Shown one piece after another: positions 39,798 through 49,150 of a DNA stretch of 64,000 nucleotides. The stretch is from an uncultured Rhodobacterales bacterium (lineage in GTDB: Bacteria; Pseudomonadota; Alphaproteobacteria; Puniceispirillales; Marisalimonadaceae). Where the stretch lies: the NCBI GenBank assembly GCA_964519035.1, contig CAZFKZ010000004.1, positions 9,820 to 73,819 of the forward strand, in the 5' to 3' direction. Each line of letters opens with the position of its first letter. The stretch's first letter is position 1. The notes beneath the pieces were generated by a model that saw nothing but the letters and a program-made list of their open reading frames with translations, made no database searches and had not been told where the DNA came from. The position numbers and the translations under genes were made by a program.

Positions 39798-42755
39798 TTA
39801 GTAAATTATATTTTTATCAAGAAATCGTGCTACGTGAACAGATTCTCTATTGATACCATCTTTAATCTGACATCTACACGATGTTCCATCTGCTATAACC
39901 GTAATATCTTCTTTAGTTTTCATTATCGCTGGAAACAGCCTTTCTTTAGCCATTTTCAAAGATATATCATAGGTATTTTTATTATAACCAAATGAACCAG
40001 CCATACCGCAGCAACTTGTATCAATTGTTTCAACTTTTAAACCTTCTATCATTCCAAGAACACTCTCAATTGGCTTTACTGCGTCAAATGCTTTTTGATG
40101 ACAATGTCCATGAAGTAAAACTTTTTTATTCATTTTTTTAAAATTTAATTTGTCACATTGTTTTGATAGAAGTTCTTCAAAGGTGAAAGAATTATTTTTT
40201 AACAAGTTAATGTTAGGGTCATTAATTAATGCTGGTAATTCGTCTCTAAATGATAAAATACAAGATGGTTCAAGTCCGACCACTGGAATTCCATCTTTTA
40301 AATATGGAAGAAAAGTTTTTAATATAAGCTCACCTTCAGCTTTTGCTTTATCAATCAAACCATTGCTAAGGTATGTTCTACCACAACATAGAGGCTTTTT
40401 AGACACTTTAGGAGAGGGTAAAAAAGGATAGTAACCTGCAGCTTTTAGAACTTTAATGGCTGATCTTATGTTTTCTGGTTCAAAATAGCGACTAAACGTA
40501 TCGACAAACATAATGACAGGCAATTTATTTGAATTTAAAATTATTGAATTAGGTAATTCATCATCTTTAAAGAAATCTTTTCTCCATTTTGGAAGAGGAC
40601 GCTTGGATGTAAAGTCTAGAAATATCTCACTTAACTTTGCAACTCCAGGAATTTTATCTCGTAGGTTAAATAAACTAGGTATTTTTGATGCAATTTTTGC
40701 ATAGTCTGGAAGGTAAGCAATTAATTTATCATGTAAGTTTAATCCATACTTTTGAGTTTTAAGATTAGTCAACTCAATTTTCATTTTTGACATATCCACA
40801 CCAGTAGGACATTCACGTTTACAAGCTTTACAAGAAACACATAAACTCATTGTATCTGACATATGTTTACTAGTTAAAGCTTCTTCGCCTAATTGGCCAG
40901 ATAATGCTAACCTTAAAGTATTAGCTCTACCTCTAGTAGAATCTTTCTCGTCACGAGTAACTCTAAAAGATGGACACATTACACCTCCATCCAATTTTCT
41001 ACAAGAACCATTGTTATTGCACATTTCAATTGCGCCTTGAAAGCCACCAGCTTTTCCTGGCCAATCAGCCCAATTTAGTATTGTCGAAATATTTTCTGAT
41101 GCATAACCTGGAGCATATCTAAATAGATTTCTGCTATCCATTTTGGGAGCATCTATTATTTTGCCAGGGTTGAATATGTTATCTGGGTCAAAAGATGTTT
41201 TAATAGTTCTAAATATATCGATCATCTTTTTTCCAAACATAACTTCGTTAAATTCAGATCTAACTATTCCGTCACCATGTTCACCAGAAAACGACCCTTG
41301 GAATTTTTTAACTAACTCACTAGCTTCGTTAGCAATATTTCTCATTTTACTTACATCATTTTGCAGTTTCATATTTAAAACTGGCCTAACATGTAAACAC
41401 CCTACTGAAGCATGAGCATACCAAGTGCCTTTTGTCTCATATTTATCGAAGATTTTATTTAACCCGTCTGTATATTCTGCAAGATCTTTTAATTCGACTG
41501 CACAATCTTCTACGAAAGAAACAGGCTTAGCTTCATCTTTCATAGACATCATAATGTTTAATCCAGACTTTCTCATCTCACTAACTTTTGCTTGAAGATC
41601 ATTGTCAATTACATCTACTACACCCCCAAGCTTACTTGACGATCCTTTCCACGTAAAACCTAATTCACCCATCATATCATGAAGCTTTTTTAGCTGAATA
41701 TGATTATCATCCATTAACTCTTCAGCAAACTCGACAAGTAATAAAGATTTGGGATTACCTTTTACAACAGCTTCAACTGTAGGCTTAAACATATCAATTT
41801 TTCTAGCAAGACTGAGCATTGTGTCATCAACTAATTCAACTGCAATAGGATTTAATTTAACAATATGCTGAGCAGCATCCATTGCTTCATAAAAACTTGG
41901 GAAATGACATATTCCCATAATTTTTTGAGAAGGTAAAATAGATAATTTTAATGTTATGGATGATGAATATGCAAGAGTTCCCTCTGATCCAACCAATAAA
42001 TGTGAGAGATTAATACCGTCTCCAACTTTACCATTTGGTCTTGAAGACATGGCATCTGGCAAAAGAGCATCAATATTATATCCACCAACTCTTCTTAATA
42101 CTTTGGGAAATTTAGAAAGAATCTCATTTTGATTTTTGTTTGCTAGTTTTAAAAGTTTAGAAATAATTTTAGAACCTGTTTCATTTGATGAATTTAATTT
42201 ATCAAGCTCAAGGTTTTCAAAGTTGTAAGTGGATCCGTCATATAATATTCCTTCAACACCTATAACATTATCTCTCATCATCCCGTATCGAATAGATCGA
42301 CCACCACAACTGTTATTTCCTGCCATGCCGCCAATAGTTGCTCTACTGGAAGTTGATACATCTACAGGAAACCATAATCCATATGGTTTAAGAAAACGAT
42401 TTAGTTCATCTAAAACTATACCAGGTTCAACAATGCAAAACATTTTATCTTTATCAAAATGTAAAACTTTGTTTAAATATTTTGAGTTATCAATAACAAT
42501 TGCTTCATTAACGGTTTGTCCACACTGTGACGTCCCACCACCTCGTGGTAATAAAGGAATTTTAGTTTCTCTTGCTAAATTAATAGCTTCGATTATGTCC
42601 AATTTTGTTTTTGGTATTAATACTCCATAAGGCATCATTTGATATATTGATGCATCAGTGGAATATCTTCCTCTGGTAAAATCATCGTAAAAAACTTCTG
42701 AATTAATATTTTTTTTAAATTTTTTTAATAAATCTTTATTAGCACCGTCTGGCAT
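39798..42755 (-). CDS. Fused FAD-linked oxidase / Fe-S / CCG-domain 2-hydroxyacid dehydrogenase (GlcD-GlcF fusion, YdiJ-like)
   Basis: 985 aa with FAD_binding_4 region LPRGGGTSQCGQ, ferredoxin motif CVSCKACKRECPTGVD and C-terminal CCG motifs (CCGMAGSFG). Confidence 0.85.
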   Translation of the reverse strand: MPDGANKDLLKKFKKNINSEVFYDDFTRGRYSTDASIYQMMPYGVLIPKTKLDIIEAINLARETKIPLLPRGGGTSQCGQTVNEAIVIDNSKYLNKVLHFDKDKMFCIVEPGIVLDELNRFLKPYGLWFPVDVSTSSRATIGGMAGNNSCGGRSIRYGMMRDNVIGVEGILYDGSTYNFENLELDKLNSSNETGSKIISKLLKLANKNQNEILSKFPKVLRRVGGYNIDALLPDAMSSRPNGKVGDGINLSHLLVGSEGTLAYSSSITLKLSILPSQKIMGICHFPSFYEAMDAAQHIVKLNPIAVELVDDTMLSLARKIDMFKPTVEAVVKGNPKSLLLVEFAEELMDDNHIQLKKLHDMMGELGFTWKGSSSKLGGVVDVIDNDLQAKVSEMRKSGLNIMMSMKDEAKPVSFVEDCAVELKDLAEYTDGLNKIFDKYETKGTWYAHASVGCLHVRPVLNMKLQNDVSKMRNIANEASELVKKFQGSFSGEHGDGIVRSEFNEVMFGKKMIDIFRTIKTSFDPDNIFNPGKIIDAPKMDSRNLFRYAPGYASENISTILNWADWPGKAGGFQGAIEMCNNNGSCRKLDGGVMCPSFRVTRDEKDSTRGRANTLRLALSGQLGEEALTSKHMSDTMSLCVSCKACKRECPTGVDMSKMKIELTNLKTQKYGLNLHDKLIAYLPDYAKIASKIPSLFNLRDKIPGVAKLSEIFLDFTSKRPLPKWRKDFFKDDELPNSIILNSNKLPVIMFVDTFSRYFEPENIRSAIKVLKAAGYYPFLPSPKVSKKPLCCGRTYLSNGLIDKAKAEGELILKTFLPYLKDGIPVVGLEPSCILSFRDELPALINDPNINLLKNNSFTFEELLSKQCDKLNFKKMNKKVLLHGHCHQKAFDAVKPIESVLGMIEGLKVETIDTSCCGMAGSFGYNKNTYDISLKMAKERLFPAIMKTKEDITVIADGTSCRCQIKDGINRESVHVARFLDKNIIY

Positions 42756-42882
42756 ATATATGACCTTGAGATTATTTTTAATTCGATATGGAAAGTATTT
42801 AATTATGAGTGTATATGTAATATAATTATAAAGATAATAATTTCAACAAACCATTAAAACAATAATAAGGATCCTTTTCTAA

Positions 42883-44061
42883 ATGAATAACCCTAATTAC
42901 AAGCCAGGAAAACATTTTTTACAACTACCAGGCCCTTCAAATGTTCCAGATAGAATTTTAAGAGCTATGGATTTTCCTACTATAGATCACAGAGGCCCAG
43001 ATTTTAGTTTGTTAGCTCAAGATTGTCTTGAGGGCATGAAAACTATTTTTAAAACTAAAGAAAATGTCATTATATATCCCGCTTCTGGAACAGGTGCATG
43101 GGAAGCAGCTCTTGTAAATATAGTAAATTCTGGAGAATTAGTTTTAATGGTAGAAACAGGGCACTTTGCTTCTCTATGGGAAAACATGGCAAAAAAATTA
43201 GATATTAATTGTGAGTTCCTAAAAACAGATTGGAGAAGAGGTGTCGACCCTCAGGCTATAGAAGACAGATTAAAAAAAGATACAAATAATGAGATTAAAG
43301 CTTTATGTGTTGTGCATAATGAAACTTCTACAGGAAGTACATCAAGAATTAGTGAAGTAAGAAAAGCTATTGATAATGCAGGTCATGATTGCATTTTGAT
43401 GGTTGATACAATCTCAGGTCTTGGTTCAATGGAATTTAAACATGATGAATGGGGTGTTGATGTAACAATTTCCGGCTCTCAAAAAGGTTTAATGCTTCCT
43501 CCAGGTTTGTCATTTAACGCTGTTTCTGAAAAGGCTTTATCTATATCAAAAAAATCTGGAATGAAAAGATCATATTGGGATTGGCAAGATCAAGTTGATT
43601 CTAATAAATTAGGATCATTTCCCTATACCCCAGCAACGAACCTACTTTATGGTCTAAAAGAGGCTATTAAAATGCTTCATGAAGAAGGGCTTGAAAATGT
43701 ATTTAAACGTCATGATAGACATGCTGAGGCAACCAGAGCTGCAGTTCAAGCCTGGGGTTTAGAAGTTCTGTGTTTAGACGATAGAGATTTCTCAAGTGTT
43801 TTAACTGCTGTCCTTTTGCCTGAAGGATCTAATGCTGACGCTTTAAGAAAAATTATCTTAGAAAATTTTAATATGTCATTAGGAAATGGTCTATCTAAAC
43901 TTGCCGGCAAAGTTTTTAGAATAGGTCATCTTGGAGATTTTAATGATTTAATGTTGATGGGCACTCTCAATGGTGTTGAAATGGGTCTGTCTCTTGCAGG
44001 AATCCCTTTTCAAAAAGGCGGATCACAAACTGCGATGCAAACCCTATTAGACAATAAATAA
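42883..44061 (+). CDS. Class V aminotransferase (serine/alanine-glyoxylate aminotransferase type)
   Basis: 392 aa with PGPSNVPDRIL at the N-terminus and PLP-lysine segment SGSQKGLMLPPGLSF. Confidence 0.85.
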   Translation: MNNPNYKPGKHFLQLPGPSNVPDRILRAMDFPTIDHRGPDFSLLAQDCLEGMKTIFKTKENVIIYPASGTGAWEAALVNIVNSGELVLMVETGHFASLWENMAKKLDINCEFLKTDWRRGVDPQAIEDRLKKDTNNEIKALCVVHNETSTGSTSRISEVRKAIDNAGHDCILMVDTISGLGSMEFKHDEWGVDVTISGSQKGLMLPPGLSFNAVSEKALSISKKSGMKRSYWDWQDQVDSNKLGSFPYTPATNLLYGLKEAIKMLHEEGLENVFKRHDRHAEATRAAVQAWGLEVLCLDDRDFSSVLTAVLLPEGSNADALRKIILENFNMSLGNGLSKLAGKVFRIGHLGDFNDLMLMGTLNGVEMGLSLAGIPFQKGGSQTAMQTLLDNK

Positions 44062-44096
44062 TTCTAATAAGAAAATTTGAATAAAGGTGTATTTAG

Positions 44097-45413
44097 TTGA
44101 GCAATCTTAAATTTTTTCAGGGCCTTTTAAATTCTCTTTTTGAAAAGCCAATAAATAAATCAAAGTTTAGTTTTTTCTCAGAAAATAAACTGCCTGTGAG
44201 TTCTAAAGAATATATTGACAATGTTGCCACAGCAATGGGAGAAGTTTCAGCTCTTGGTCATGCAGAGATGTTGATGCAGCATTGTGAAAAATTAAATGAT
44301 GATGAATTACTAAATTTCTTTCAATTACTTAATAGTAGTTATAATTTCGATAATGACAATCTTACTCTAAAACTAAAAAATTATACGGTTAGACAAAATT
44401 CTGAAAATCTAATTAATTTTTTAAAATTAGTAGAGCCTCAAAGACGCGAAATTTTTCGTAGGTGTAATGCAATTAGTAGAGGTACAATCAGATTAGTTAA
44501 ACTAAGAAGCAGATTACTAAAATTAATTAAGAGGAATTCTGACTTAAATGCTGTGGATTTTGACTTGGTTTACCTATTTAAAAACTGGTTTAATAGAGGA
44601 TTCCTAATTCTAAGGCCTATAAATTGGGAAACTCCAGCGCATATTTTAGAAAAAATTATTGCTTATGAAGCAGTGCATGAGATTAACTCATGGGATGAGT
44701 TAAGATCTCGTTTAGCTCCAAGTGATAGAAGATGTTTTGCTTTTTTTCACCCTGCTATGCAAGACGAACCAATTATATTTGTTGAAGTTGCTCTTATGAA
44801 AGAAGTACCTTCAGAAATTGATAGTGTGCTAAAAGAAAAAAGAGATATTTTAAAGCCTGAAGATACTAACATAGCCGTTTTTTATTCAATATCCAATTGT
44901 CAGAAAGGTTTGGCAGGTATTTCTTTTGGTAACTTTTTAATTAAACAAGTTGCTAATGATTTAAACTTAGAATTTAAAAATCTGAAAAAATTTGTAACTC
45001 TTTCTCCTGTTCCTGGATTAAGAAAATGGTTAAAAAATAAATTTCCACAATTTGATCTTAGGTTAGATAAATGTCAAAAACCTGAACATTATCTAAAGCT
45101 TCACGATGATTTAATGGATTATGCAGGTCAATATTTCATCAACTCTGACCGCCCGGATAAAATGCCTAATGATCCTGTCGCAAGATTTCATCTTGGAAAT
45201 GGTGCATCTTTGGAGCAGATCAATTTTTTAGGAGATACTTCTGCTAATGGCATATCTTTATCGGGAGGTTTAATGGTAAATTATTTGTATGATCTTGAAA
45301 AAGTAGAACAAAATCATGAATTTCTGATCTCTGATAAAAAGATAAATATATCAAAATCTGCAAAAAAAGATTTACTTAAATATATGAAAAGTTCTAAGTT
45401 GCAAGCACTATAA
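44097..45413 (+). CDS. Malonyl-CoA decarboxylase
   Basis: 438 aa with FFHPAMQDEPIIFVEVAL and FYSISNCQKGLAGISFGNFLIKQV, hallmarks of the MCD family. TTG start 7 nt after AAGGTG. Confidence 0.85.
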   Translation: MSNLKFFQGLLNSLFEKPINKSKFSFFSENKLPVSSKEYIDNVATAMGEVSALGHAEMLMQHCEKLNDDELLNFFQLLNSSYNFDNDNLTLKLKNYTVRQNSENLINFLKLVEPQRREIFRRCNAISRGTIRLVKLRSRLLKLIKRNSDLNAVDFDLVYLFKNWFNRGFLILRPINWETPAHILEKIIAYEAVHEINSWDELRSRLAPSDRRCFAFFHPAMQDEPIIFVEVALMKEVPSEIDSVLKEKRDILKPEDTNIAVFYSISNCQKGLAGISFGNFLIKQVANDLNLEFKNLKKFVTLSPVPGLRKWLKNKFPQFDLRLDKCQKPEHYLKLHDDLMDYAGQYFINSDRPDKMPNDPVARFHLGNGASLEQINFLGDTSANGISLSGGLMVNYLYDLEKVEQNHEFLISDKKINISKSAKKDLLKYMKSSKLQAL

Positions 45414-45431
45414 TTATTGATAAGGAAAAAA

Positions 45432-45818
45432 ATGTTTATTATAAAATCTATTTTGGCTTTCTTGTTATTCTCCTTTATCTCAACAAGTAGCTTTGCAAAG
45501 CAAATATCATATGATTGCAAACCTAAAAGTGCTGCAGCAATAAGATCAGACGGAATTCAAGTCTTTAAAATTACTGGAAAAGAAAAATCTGTTGAGGTAA
45601 TTATAAGAGATGGAGAAAATTTAGATCCAGGTTTTTTTCTTGTTAATAAGTCAAAATACGAAATACTTGATCTAGGCACTGGAAAAACTTACGCGTTTGA
45701 TAGAAATGAACCTTGGACACATATTCAAGATATTTTTTTTATGAATGATAAAACGTTATCATTCGTGCTTTCAGCAAATGGTTCTATTACTCGATACCTT
45801 TGTGACGAAAATAAATAA
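45432..45818 (+). CDS. Secreted hypothetical protein
   Basis: Start set at ATG 45432 after AAGGA. Signal peptide MFIIKSILAFLLFSFISTSSFA. No family recognised. Confidence 0.5.
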   Translation: MFIIKSILAFLLFSFISTSSFAKQISYDCKPKSAAAIRSDGIQVFKITGKEKSVEVIIRDGENLDPGFFLVNKSKYEILDLGTGKTYAFDRNEPWTHIQDIFFMNDKTLSFVLSANGSITRYLCDENK

Positions 45819-46737
45819 AATTTTTAACAATCTATTATTTTCCAAAAATTTAAAAAACATCAAGTTAATTTTTATTCTAGTTTTTTTGATTATTGTTTGG
45901 AGTGTAGTCTGGCCTTTATTTCGTTTTGTTGTTCAAGAAATACCCCCATTGGTATTCAGGGTATCAGCAGGAATACCAGCAGCATTTTTACTTTTATTTC
46001 TTGCGAAAATTAATAGTCATAAACTTAGTATTCCAAAAAATAAGTGGAAACCTTTATTTTTCATAAGCCTATGTAACGTTACTTTATGGCAAGTGTTGAT
46101 GCTATATGGTGTAAGTCTGCTAGGTGGAGGAAGGGCAGCCGTTTTAGGTTATACTATGCCCGTTTGGGCTGTTATTGTCGCTTCTATATTTGGATATGAG
46201 CGCATGACATTATCTAGTTTTCTTGCTCTTTGTTTAGGAGTTTTTGGAGTGGTTTCATTAACTTTTGGCATAGATTTTTTTTCTAACTGGATTGGTATAT
46301 TAGTAATGCTAATGGCTGGTTTAAGTTGGGGTGTCGGGACTATGATACTGAAATATGGAGGATTAAATTATAATGGTTTTGTAATTGCAGGTTGGCAACA
46401 ATTAATTGGTATTGTGCCTGTAATTCCATTTGCTATTCTATGGGATTTTGAAAATATAGGTAATCCTGATTTCAGACATTTTTTAGTATTAATATTTGCA
46501 GTGTTTTTTTCAAGTGCCTATACTTACTGGGCGTACTTTGTTGTGTTGCAAAATTTCACTGTCACCGTTACTTCTATATCTGTTATGATGGTTCCAGTTT
46601 TAGCTTTACTGATAGACACATTTTATTTAAATTTAGATATTTCTTATTACGATTTGATAGCTTTATTGTTAATTGTAATAAGTATTTTTGTTGCGGCTAC
46701 AAAACCATTTGAAAACAAGAAGAAAAAATTGGAGTGA
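45778..46737 (+). CDS. EamA/DMT-family transporter (start uncertain)
   Basis: About ten TM helices in two EamA repeats. The only in-frame ATGs (45745, 45778) lie inside the upstream gene, giving 74- or 41-nt overlaps. Confidence 0.75.
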   Translation: MVLLLDTFVTKINKIFNNLLFSKNLKNIKLIFILVFLIIVWSVVWPLFRFVVQEIPPLVFRVSAGIPAAFLLLFLAKINSHKLSIPKNKWKPLFFISLCNVTLWQVLMLYGVSLLGGGRAAVLGYTMPVWAVIVASIFGYERMTLSSFLALCLGVFGVVSLTFGIDFFSNWIGILVMLMAGLSWGVGTMILKYGGLNYNGFVIAGWQQLIGIVPVIPFAILWDFENIGNPDFRHFLVLIFAVFFSSAYTYWAYFVVLQNFTVTVTSISVMMVPVLALLIDTFYLNLDISYYDLIALLLIVISIFVAATKPFENKKKKLE

Positions 46738-46739
46738 TT

Positions 46740-47768
46740 ATGTTTACCCATTCACAACTTATGAAATTTTGTACTGAAATATTTTTATCTTTAAAAATGG
46801 ATAATGAAAAAGCCCATGATACGTCTGAAATCTTAATAGAAGCAGACATGATGAAACATTCTACTCACGGAGTTAGGTTATTACCGCTTTATATTAAAGA
46901 TATTGAATTAGGAAATATGAGAGTTAATGGACAAGAAAAAATTTTGAAAGACACTGGAAGTTGTTTGACTTGGGATGGAAAATTATTGCCAGGCACTTGG
47001 CTAACAAAAAAAGCATTAAAAACAGCTGCTGAAAGGGCACAAAAGTTTGGTGTAGCAACTGTATCAATAAGTAATAGTCATCATAATGGAGCATTAGCCG
47101 CATATATGTTACCTATTGTAGATAAAGGGTTAATACCTATAATTAAAAGCTCTGTTCCTTCTTCTGCTACTGTAGCACCATTTGGTGGAACCAAAGCCTT
47201 GTTTACCCCAGATCCAATGGCAATGGCTTATCCAACGAATGATAATCCGGTCATTATTGATATAAGTGCATCTATTACAACTAATAATATGATATCTGAC
47301 AAGATTTCCAAAAATGAGCTCTTTGATTTTGATTGTTTATTAACTTCTGATGGCTTGCCAACAAATGATCCTAATGAAGTAAGAAATAATAATGGTACAG
47401 TTATGCCACTTGGTGGAATGGAATATGGTCATAAAGGATATGGATTGGCTTTAGGTATAGAGGCGTTGTCTCAAGGATTATCAGGCTCTGGAAGAAGTAA
47501 AAAGCCTAAAACAATGAATTTATCTACTTTTATACAAGTGATAGATCCAGAAGCTTTTTCAGGGCTTGATTTTTTTAAAAAGGAAATGAGTTTTTTGGCA
47601 CAGCAATGTTTGGCTAATCCTCCAAAAAACCCAAACCGAAAGGTAAGGTTGCCTGGACAAAACGCACTTAAATTTAGAAAAAAATCTCTCAAAGAAGGTA
47701 TATCTTTAGATCAGGAAACAGTACTAATTTTAGAAGAAATTGCTGAAAAATTTAAAATTATTATTTAG
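46740..47768 (+). CDS. Ldh_2-family NAD(P)H oxidoreductase (second paralog)
   Basis: HSTHGVRLLPLYIK, NSHHNGALAAY and GHKGYGLALGIEAL. ATG 46740 follows GGAG by about 6 nt. Confidence 0.8.
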   Translation: MFTHSQLMKFCTEIFLSLKMDNEKAHDTSEILIEADMMKHSTHGVRLLPLYIKDIELGNMRVNGQEKILKDTGSCLTWDGKLLPGTWLTKKALKTAAERAQKFGVATVSISNSHHNGALAAYMLPIVDKGLIPIIKSSVPSSATVAPFGGTKALFTPDPMAMAYPTNDNPVIIDISASITTNNMISDKISKNELFDFDCLLTSDGLPTNDPNEVRNNNGTVMPLGGMEYGHKGYGLALGIEALSQGLSGSGRSKKPKTMNLSTFIQVIDPEAFSGLDFFKKEMSFLAQQCLANPPKNPNRKVRLPGQNALKFRKKSLKEGISLDQETVLILEEIAEKFKIII

Positions 47769-47775
47769 AACCAAC

Positions 47776-48228
47776 TTAGCGTCCTCTCCACTCACTGATT
47801 TCTCCAAGCAACTCTATAAGAGTTGTTAATTTTTCTTCACCATAACGTCTGTGAAGTGCTTTGAAGAAATTATCAATTTCAGGAGCAATCTTTTCAAGAG
47901 TGTCTTCACCCAGCTTAGTTATTGTAAGGTTTATTCTTCTGCCATCATTAGCGTCAATGAAACGTGAAATAAATTTATCATTCTCAAGTTTACTAATAAT
48001 TCTAGATAAACTTGGAGCAAGAATACATGCATCAAAAGCCACTTGACCAGCATCAGAAGTTCCTTTTTCTCCTAATACTCTCAAAACTCGCCATTGTTGT
48101 TCGGTAAAACCATGTTTAGATAGAACTGGTCTAACTGACAGCATTAGTGCCTCTCGTCCTCTTAGCATAGCTATAGGGAGTGATCTACTGGTATCAGGAT
48201 AGCTAATTTTATTTTGTTCTTCTTGCAT
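47776..48228 (-). CDS. MarR-family transcriptional regulator (HpaR-like)
   Basis: 150 aa wHTH: EQQWRVLRVLGEKGTSDAGQVAFDACILAPSLSRIISKLENDKFISRFIDANDGRRINLTITKLG. Divergent from an HpcH aldolase. Confidence 0.85.
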   Translation of the reverse strand: MQEEQNKISYPDTSRSLPIAMLRGREALMLSVRPVLSKHGFTEQQWRVLRVLGEKGTSDAGQVAFDACILAPSLSRIISKLENDKFISRFIDANDGRRINLTITKLGEDTLEKIAPEIDNFFKALHRRYGEEKLTTLIELLGEISEWRGR

Positions 48229-48300
48229 TTTTTTAACATCTCCATAACAATTTAAACTGTAAACAAAAGCAATCTATTTTGACACATTAAAGAACTTAAC

Positions 48301-48319
48301 ATATTAAATACTTTAATAT
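48301..48319. promoter_or_regulatory. Candidate operator palindrome in the MarR/aldolase divergent spacer
   Basis: ATATTAAA-TAC-TTTAATAT (8+3+8), 22 nt upstream of the aldolase ATG. The arms are pure A/T, so a chance occurrence is plausible. Confidence 0.3.
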
Positions 48320-48340
48320 TCAATTATGAGGTAAAAAAAG

Positions 48341-49117
48341 ATGAAAAACATAGCTAAAGAACAAATTTTAAATGGTGATTTATCTCTAGGTGTTGGATTA
48401 AGGCAAAGTAGAACTTCAGATATTGGAAAAATCATGGCTACTTGCGGTTATGATTGGCTATTTATTGATATGGAACATAATAGCATGAGTGTGGATATAG
48501 CGTCTCAAATTTCTGTAGCGGCTCAAGATGCTGGTATAACACCTATTGTAAGAGTACCTGACTTTGCTCATCATCACGCCACAAGAGTACTTGATTGTGG
48601 AGCTATGGGAATTGTGTTTCCCCATGTTGATGACGCTAAAACAGCAAAAAAGCTAGTATCTTATTGTTTGTTTCCGCCTCATGGTCATCGCTCAATGACA
48701 GGTGCTTTACCACAGTTAAACTTTGAACAGTTGCCAATACCTGAAGTAGCAAAAAAAATTAATGAGAATATGATAGTAGTTATAATGTTAGAAAGTCCAA
48801 CTGCTATTGATAACGTTGAAGAAATAGCAGCTGTTGAGGGTATTGATGTGATATTGATTGGAACCAATGATTTATGTATGGAAATGGGTATCCCTGGAGA
48901 CTATTCTAATCCTAAAATTAAAGACGCTTATTACAAAGTTATTTCAGCTTGCAGTAAATTTAATAAAACACCTGGCATGGGTGGTGTTTATGATGAAGAA
49001 TTAATGTCTGAATATATTAATATGGGTATGAAATTTATATTATCAGGATCAGATCTGTCATTTATGATGGCTTCAGCTAAACAAAAATCTAAAAATCTGA
49101 GGTCTTTTTTGAAATAA
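48341..49117 (+). CDS. HpcH/HpaI-family aldolase (second paralog)
   Basis: 258 aa with LFIDMEHNSMS, IVRVPDFAHHHATRVLDCGAMGIVFPHV and LESPTAIDNVEEIAAVEGIDVILIGTNDL. Confidence 0.85.
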   Translation: MKNIAKEQILNGDLSLGVGLRQSRTSDIGKIMATCGYDWLFIDMEHNSMSVDIASQISVAAQDAGITPIVRVPDFAHHHATRVLDCGAMGIVFPHVDDAKTAKKLVSYCLFPPHGHRSMTGALPQLNFEQLPIPEVAKKINENMIVVIMLESPTAIDNVEEIAAVEGIDVILIGTNDLCMEMGIPGDYSNPKIKDAYYKVISACSKFNKTPGMGGVYDEELMSEYINMGMKFILSGSDLSFMMASAKQKSKNLRSFLK

Positions 49118-49150
49118 TACACTAATAATAAATTATAAGGAGTTTATATT

